Positions 16,461-20,000 of a stretch of DNA of 20,000 nt are shown one piece after another. Under the pieces are notes generated by a model. It made no database searches. It was not told where the DNA came from and saw nothing but the letters and a program-made list of their open reading frames with translations. Made by a program: the position numbers and the translations under genes. The DNA lies in IMG/VR virus record IMGVR_UViG_3300000117_000020, positions 52,855 to 72,854 of that record; one strand, written 5' to 3'. Each line of letters starts with the position of its first letter. Positions within the stretch are counted from its first letter, which is position 1. The stretch is from an uncultured virus (IMG/VR IMGVR_UViG_3300000117_000020) (Duplodnaviria; Heunggongvirae; Uroviricota; Caudoviricetes; Crassvirales).

Positions 16461-19400
16461 ATGAGAAAACTCTACAGACGTGGAGGAAGAATAAAATATT
16501 ATGCTAACGGTGGTATGTATGGTAACAATACTGTGCCAGGATCTATGATTCCTAATACTAATACTGCTAGCTATGAACAAGTTAATCAAGCTCAAATAGA
16601 TGCAGCTAATAATCAATTAGCTCAAATTAAAGCTCAACCTTGGCAACAGCAATTTGCTCAGCAACAACAACAAGGTTTAGCTGCTACGCAAGCTCTTAAT
16701 CAATCTGCTACTAAAGGTTTAGGTATGCTTACTGATAGGTTAAGTGAGGGTAAAAATGTATTTGGTAAAAGTGCAGCTGACTTAGCTACAAGCCAAGGTT
16801 TTACAGACACAGTTGTAGACGGTGTAGTTACTGAAACTGCAGCTTCTAAAGCAGGTAATTTAGCAGGTAATATTGGTACAGCTGGTATGGTTGCTGATTT
16901 TGCAGGACAAGGTTTGCAAAAAGTTTCTGATGATGGTGATGCTACAAAAATGAATGTAGGTGAAACATCAGGTACAATGTTAAGCGGTGCAGGTAAAGGT
17001 GCAAGTATGGGAGCTACTATAGGTAGTATTGTTCCTGGAGTTGGTACAGCAATTGGTGCAGGAGTTGGTGCTACAATAGGAGCTGTTACTAGTGGTCTTA
17101 AGGGAAGAAAGGCTAGAAATGAAGCAAGAGAAATGGAGGAAGAAGAAGAAATGAAAAAAGCTCAAGCACAACAAGGAGCATTTGCAGGAGGATTACAAGG
17201 TAAAGAGTATTCTGGATCTAATATGGGACAGCTTAAACGAGGTGGATACAGAAATTTTTATATGGGGGGCGGTCCCCTAAAATACGCAGAAGGCGGAAAT
17301 AAGGTTGAAACAGATACTATGAATAATTGGCAAATGGTAAATGGCCAGTGGCAACTTCCTAGTCATGATTTTTCAACAGGTCCTGCGCCTACAAGGGGAT
17401 ACCAAACTAATTTAGAAGGAATAGATAATAGTATTTATGGTCCAGGAGATGACCCTACAGCTAGAATGTATTATCCTAAAAGAAGAGATAATGAAAGCAG
17501 TGAAGATTATTTTGCTAGGACAGCAGTTCACAGAAATAATAGAGGAATAGTTCAAAGAAATGCTTGGAAAGAAACAGGAGACAATATAGTAGAAGGAATA
17601 AAAAATGCACCTGAAACTATTGCTAATGAAGTGCAAAAAACAAAAGATACTTGGTCAAACTTAGATGGTTTAGGAAAAGTTGAATATGTAGCAGATAGAG
17701 CTAAATTTATTCCTATACCAGGAGTTCCACAAGCAGCAACGCTTACTAGTGTTGGAGTAGATGCTATTCAAGCAGGGCAGGCAGCGTTGGAAGGAGATTG
17801 GGAAACTGCTGGTAATGAACTTGTTTCTGGAGTTGTTGATACTACGTTTGGTAAAATTCCAGGTTTTCAAGGAATAGGTAGTACAGCAGTTAATACAGTA
17901 ACAGAAGGTGGAGAAAAATTGTTAAAAAATACAATACAAAATTCAACAAAAAATCAACTAGCTCAAAAAACTGGTAATTATATTGTGGATCAAACTAAAA
18001 GAAATTTAAAAAGTAAATTTATAAAAGATCCTATTAAAGATGTGCTTCACATATCTTCTGGAAAATATGAGCAAGCAGATCCTGTTATTACACCAAATAA
18101 CAATACATTATTAGCTCAAAACAGATTAGGTGGAGTTAGAAAATATCAAAACGGAGGAGGACAAGGAAACAATCCAGATTTATATACGATGTCTGCTTCT
18201 GATGCAGCTTTTATTAATGCAAAAACAGGAGCAAGAGAAGGAGATCAAGCATATCAAAGTGGATCACTTACAATGCCAAATCTTATTAGTTCTGATAGAC
18301 AAATTCCTAGCAACATTAAAAATTTAAATTTGCCTACACAATCTTCACAACCTAAACCAATTGATTTTAGAAATGTAGCAACTACTAGAGAAACTTTAAT
18401 GAATGCGCCTGAAAATAACCGTCAAGCAAATTTAAATCAAAAGCTAGATCAAACTTTAGAACAAAGAGAAATAACTCCAGAACTAGGCATGGGATTTTTA
18501 GATACTGCGCAATTAGGTTTAGCAGGATTAGGGATGATTCCTGGGTTTGGTGTTGTTCCCGATCTGCTTAATGCTGGAATTTCAGGAGCAAGAGGAAAGT
18601 ATGGAGATATGGCTATAAATTTAGCAGCTGCAACACCAGGTGTTGGATTATTAGCAGGCCCAGCAGCAATAGGAAATAAAACCTATAAGACTTTAAAAAC
18701 TGTTAAAAATTTTAAAAGTGCAGCACAGGTGCCTAAAATAAAATTTACAGATAAATTACTTAATGCACGTAGGAATAAAACAAGTAATCCGCAAATTCAA
18801 TATACTAATCAATCTGAATCTGGTCAAAGTAACCCTGCTATTGCACAACTATTATCAAAAAGAACAGGTGGTGTAAGACAATTAGATGGAGGAGTAGCTA
18901 AACCATTACCAGGGGGAGCAACAGAATTTGTCGGTAAAAAACATGAACAAGGTGGAATTAAATTAGACCCTATGACAGAAGTTGAGGGCGGAGAAACTAT
19001 GGATAAAATAAAAGGAAGCGATTATTTCTTTTCTAGTTATTTAAAGCTGGGAGGAAAGTCTTTTGCGCAAAGACATAAAGATATATTAAAACAAGGTGGA
19101 AGTCAAGAAGAGTTAGATAGGTTAGCAGCTATACAAGAAAAAGCAGCTGGTAGATCTAAATACAATCTTGGAGGAGAAAGAACAAAATTTCAAAATGGAG
19201 GTCCAGATTTAACTCCAGAAGAGCTAGCTAAATTACAAGAGTATATAAAATCATTGGGTCCAAGAGACAATAGTATAATGGACGATGCGACAAAAATACC
19301 AGCTGAACTTAAAGATATAAACCCTGCTTTATTTAACTTAGAAGGTTTTAGTATTGAAGATTTACAAGATAGTGCTAGTACACTTGGATTAAGTCTTACA

Positions 19401-20000
19401 GAGGCTGCTAATTATATGCTTACTCCAAAAGGATATAGTTTTATAAAAGGAGTGTCTGAAGAAGAAGCAAAGATAGTAATTGGTAATGCTAACTCTGTAA
19501 CAAATTTTGATGATTATGTTTATAATGTAGGAGATAACTCACAAAACGCAGTAGTAGATAACGACAATCCTAATAACGCGTCTGATAAGAAAAAGAAATC
19601 TACATTTACAGGTTTATATAATAATGTAACAGATACAGATATAGCAGATTATTTAGATGAGGCTGCTGCTATTACAGGATTAGAAACGTTTGATCCTAGA
19701 AATAAAGAACATGTAAAATTATTACAGACTAATTTAATGAATCCTTCGGAAGAGTTAAAAACATCATATCCTACTTATTTTAGTGGTAAAGAAACAGATA
19801 TATTAGAAGGTGATTTAGGTGTTAACCAACAAGGTGTAGATAGTAAATTTGGTATAGACACATTAAATGCATTAAAACAATTTAGTGAATTAGAGTCTAA
19901 TAATGGAGGTATATACAATGTTCTTCCAGGAGAGTATGATCCAAGTATATATACTTTTAATCCTGAATTAGATCCAACAATAAATAAAGATCCTAATGAT
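16461..20000 (+). CDS. Large cargo/ejection protein (crAss-like C1-type), >1180 aa, 3' truncated; absent from the ORF track
   Basis: Translated by hand from ATG 16461 (MRKLYRRGGRIKYYANGG...) to the window end with no stop. It contains a glycine zipper (16986-17099), a G.KHEQGGI...EVEGGE...FFS...FA domain (about 18930-19140), and follows the muzzle gene. Confidence 0.85.
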   Translation, partial: MRKLYRRGGRIKYYANGGMYGNNTVPGSMIPNTNTASYEQVNQAQIDAANNQLAQIKAQPWQQQFAQQQQQGLAATQALNQSATKGLGMLTDRLSEGKNVFGKSAADLATSQGFTDTVVDGVVTETAASKAGNLAGNIGTAGMVADFAGQGLQKVSDDGDATKMNVGETSGTMLSGAGKGASMGATIGSIVPGVGTAIGAGVGATIGAVTSGLKGRKARNEAREMEEEEEMKKAQAQQGAFAGGLQGKEYSGSNMGQLKRGGYRNFYMGGGPLKYAEGGNKVETDTMNNWQMVNGQWQLPSHDFSTGPAPTRGYQTNLEGIDNSIYGPGDDPTARMYYPKRRDNESSEDYFARTAVHRNNRGIVQRNAWKETGDNIVEGIKNAPETIANEVQKTKDTWSNLDGLGKVEYVADRAKFIPIPGVPQAATLTSVGVDAIQAGQAALEGDWETAGNELVSGVVDTTFGKIPGFQGIGSTAVNTVTEGGEKLLKNTIQNSTKNQLAQKTGNYIVDQTKRNLKSKFIKDPIKDVLHISSGKYEQADPVITPNNNTLLAQNRLGGVRKYQNGGGQGNNPDLYTMSASDAAFINAKTGAREGDQAYQSGSLTMPNLISSDRQIPSNIKNLNLPTQSSQPKPIDFRNVATTRETLMNAPENNRQANLNQKLDQTLEQREITPELGMGFLDTAQLGLAGLGMIPGFGVVPDLLNAGISGARGKYGDMAINLAAATPGVGLLAGPAAIGNKTYKTLKTVKNFKSAAQVPKIKFTDKLLNARRNKTSNPQIQYTNQSESGQSNPAIAQLLSKRTGGVRQLDGGVAKPLPGGATEFVGKKHEQGGIKLDPMTEVEGGETMDKIKGSDYFFSSYLKLGGKSFAQRHKDILKQGGSQEELDRLAAIQEKAAGRSKYNLGGERTKFQNGGPDLTPEELAKLQEYIKSLGPRDNSIMDDATKIPAELKDINPALFNLEGFSIEDLQDSASTLGLSLTEAANYMLTPKGYSFIKGVSEEEAKIVIGNANSVTNFDDYVYNVGDNSQNAVVDNDNPNNASDKKKKSTFTGLYNNVTDTDIADYLDEAAAITGLETFDPRNKEHVKLLQTNLMNPSEELKTSYPTYFSGKETDILEGDLGVNQQGVDSKFGIDTLNALKQFSELESNNGGIYNVLPGEYDPSIYTFNPELDPTINKDPND

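Larger units (their letters stand above)
1..20000 (+). mobile_element. Bacteriophage genome segment: crAss-like virion/tail and lysis region, probable Bacteroidota host
   Basis: All credible genes are on +, abutting or overlapping. The order ring protein / IHF-like / tail tubular / tail stabilization / cargo matches the crAss-like layout as I recall it. A holin-lysin pair is present, and there are no host housekeeping genes or integrase in the window. Confidence 0.85.

Noticed and set aside
1379..17870. All minus-strand ORFs in the track (60-118 aa)
   Set aside because: They lie antisense to well-supported + strand genes, have the F/L/S/I-rich composition typical of shadow frames, and show no motifs.
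18130..18327. 65-aa + strand ORF in the track
   Set aside because: It is out of frame inside the continuous 16461->20000 cargo gene, uses a GTG start, and has no independent support.
1..20000. tRNA/ncRNA genes, intrinsic terminators, promoters
   Set aside because: Intergenic gaps are at most about 30 bp and AT-rich; no GC hairpin with a U-tract, cloverleaf or convincing promoter was seen.

Overview
AT-rich, gene-dense window with 22 co-directional + strand genes. It is best read as the virion and lysis region of a crAss-like (Crassvirales-type) podovirus. The host is probably Bacteroidota: starts lack Shine-Dalgarno motifs, A sits at -3 in 19 of 21 starts, both predicted signal peptides are followed by Gln, and one protein has a T9SS-like C-terminus. 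The right part (7.6-20 kb) follows the crAss-like order of ring protein, IHF-like protein, tail tubular/ring protein and a 2093-aa muzzle/tail stabilization protein. It ends in a >1180-aa cargo/ejection protein that the ORF track missed because it has no stop in the window. The left part (1-7.6 kb) holds envelope-targeted proteins, two tandem paralog pairs, fibre/decoration-like proteins, a YkuD-like lysin next to a 3TM-family holin, and a metallophosphoesterase. Two candidate undescribed systems stand out. (1) Paired basic/aromatic-x-x-GG motifs divide the cargo protein into modules (glycine zipper, two PT-TG-like hairpins, a conserved cargo domain, a peptidoglycan-binding-like domain), and the motif recurs in four small basic proteins, suggesting a shared processing or packaging signal. 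(2) A phage-encoded envelope set: an outer-membrane beta-barrel, an LDLa-like protein with a T9SS-like tail, a TM/coiled-coil protein, and an exported thioredoxin fold with NxxN in place of CxxC. All family calls come from reading motifs by eye; no searches were run.
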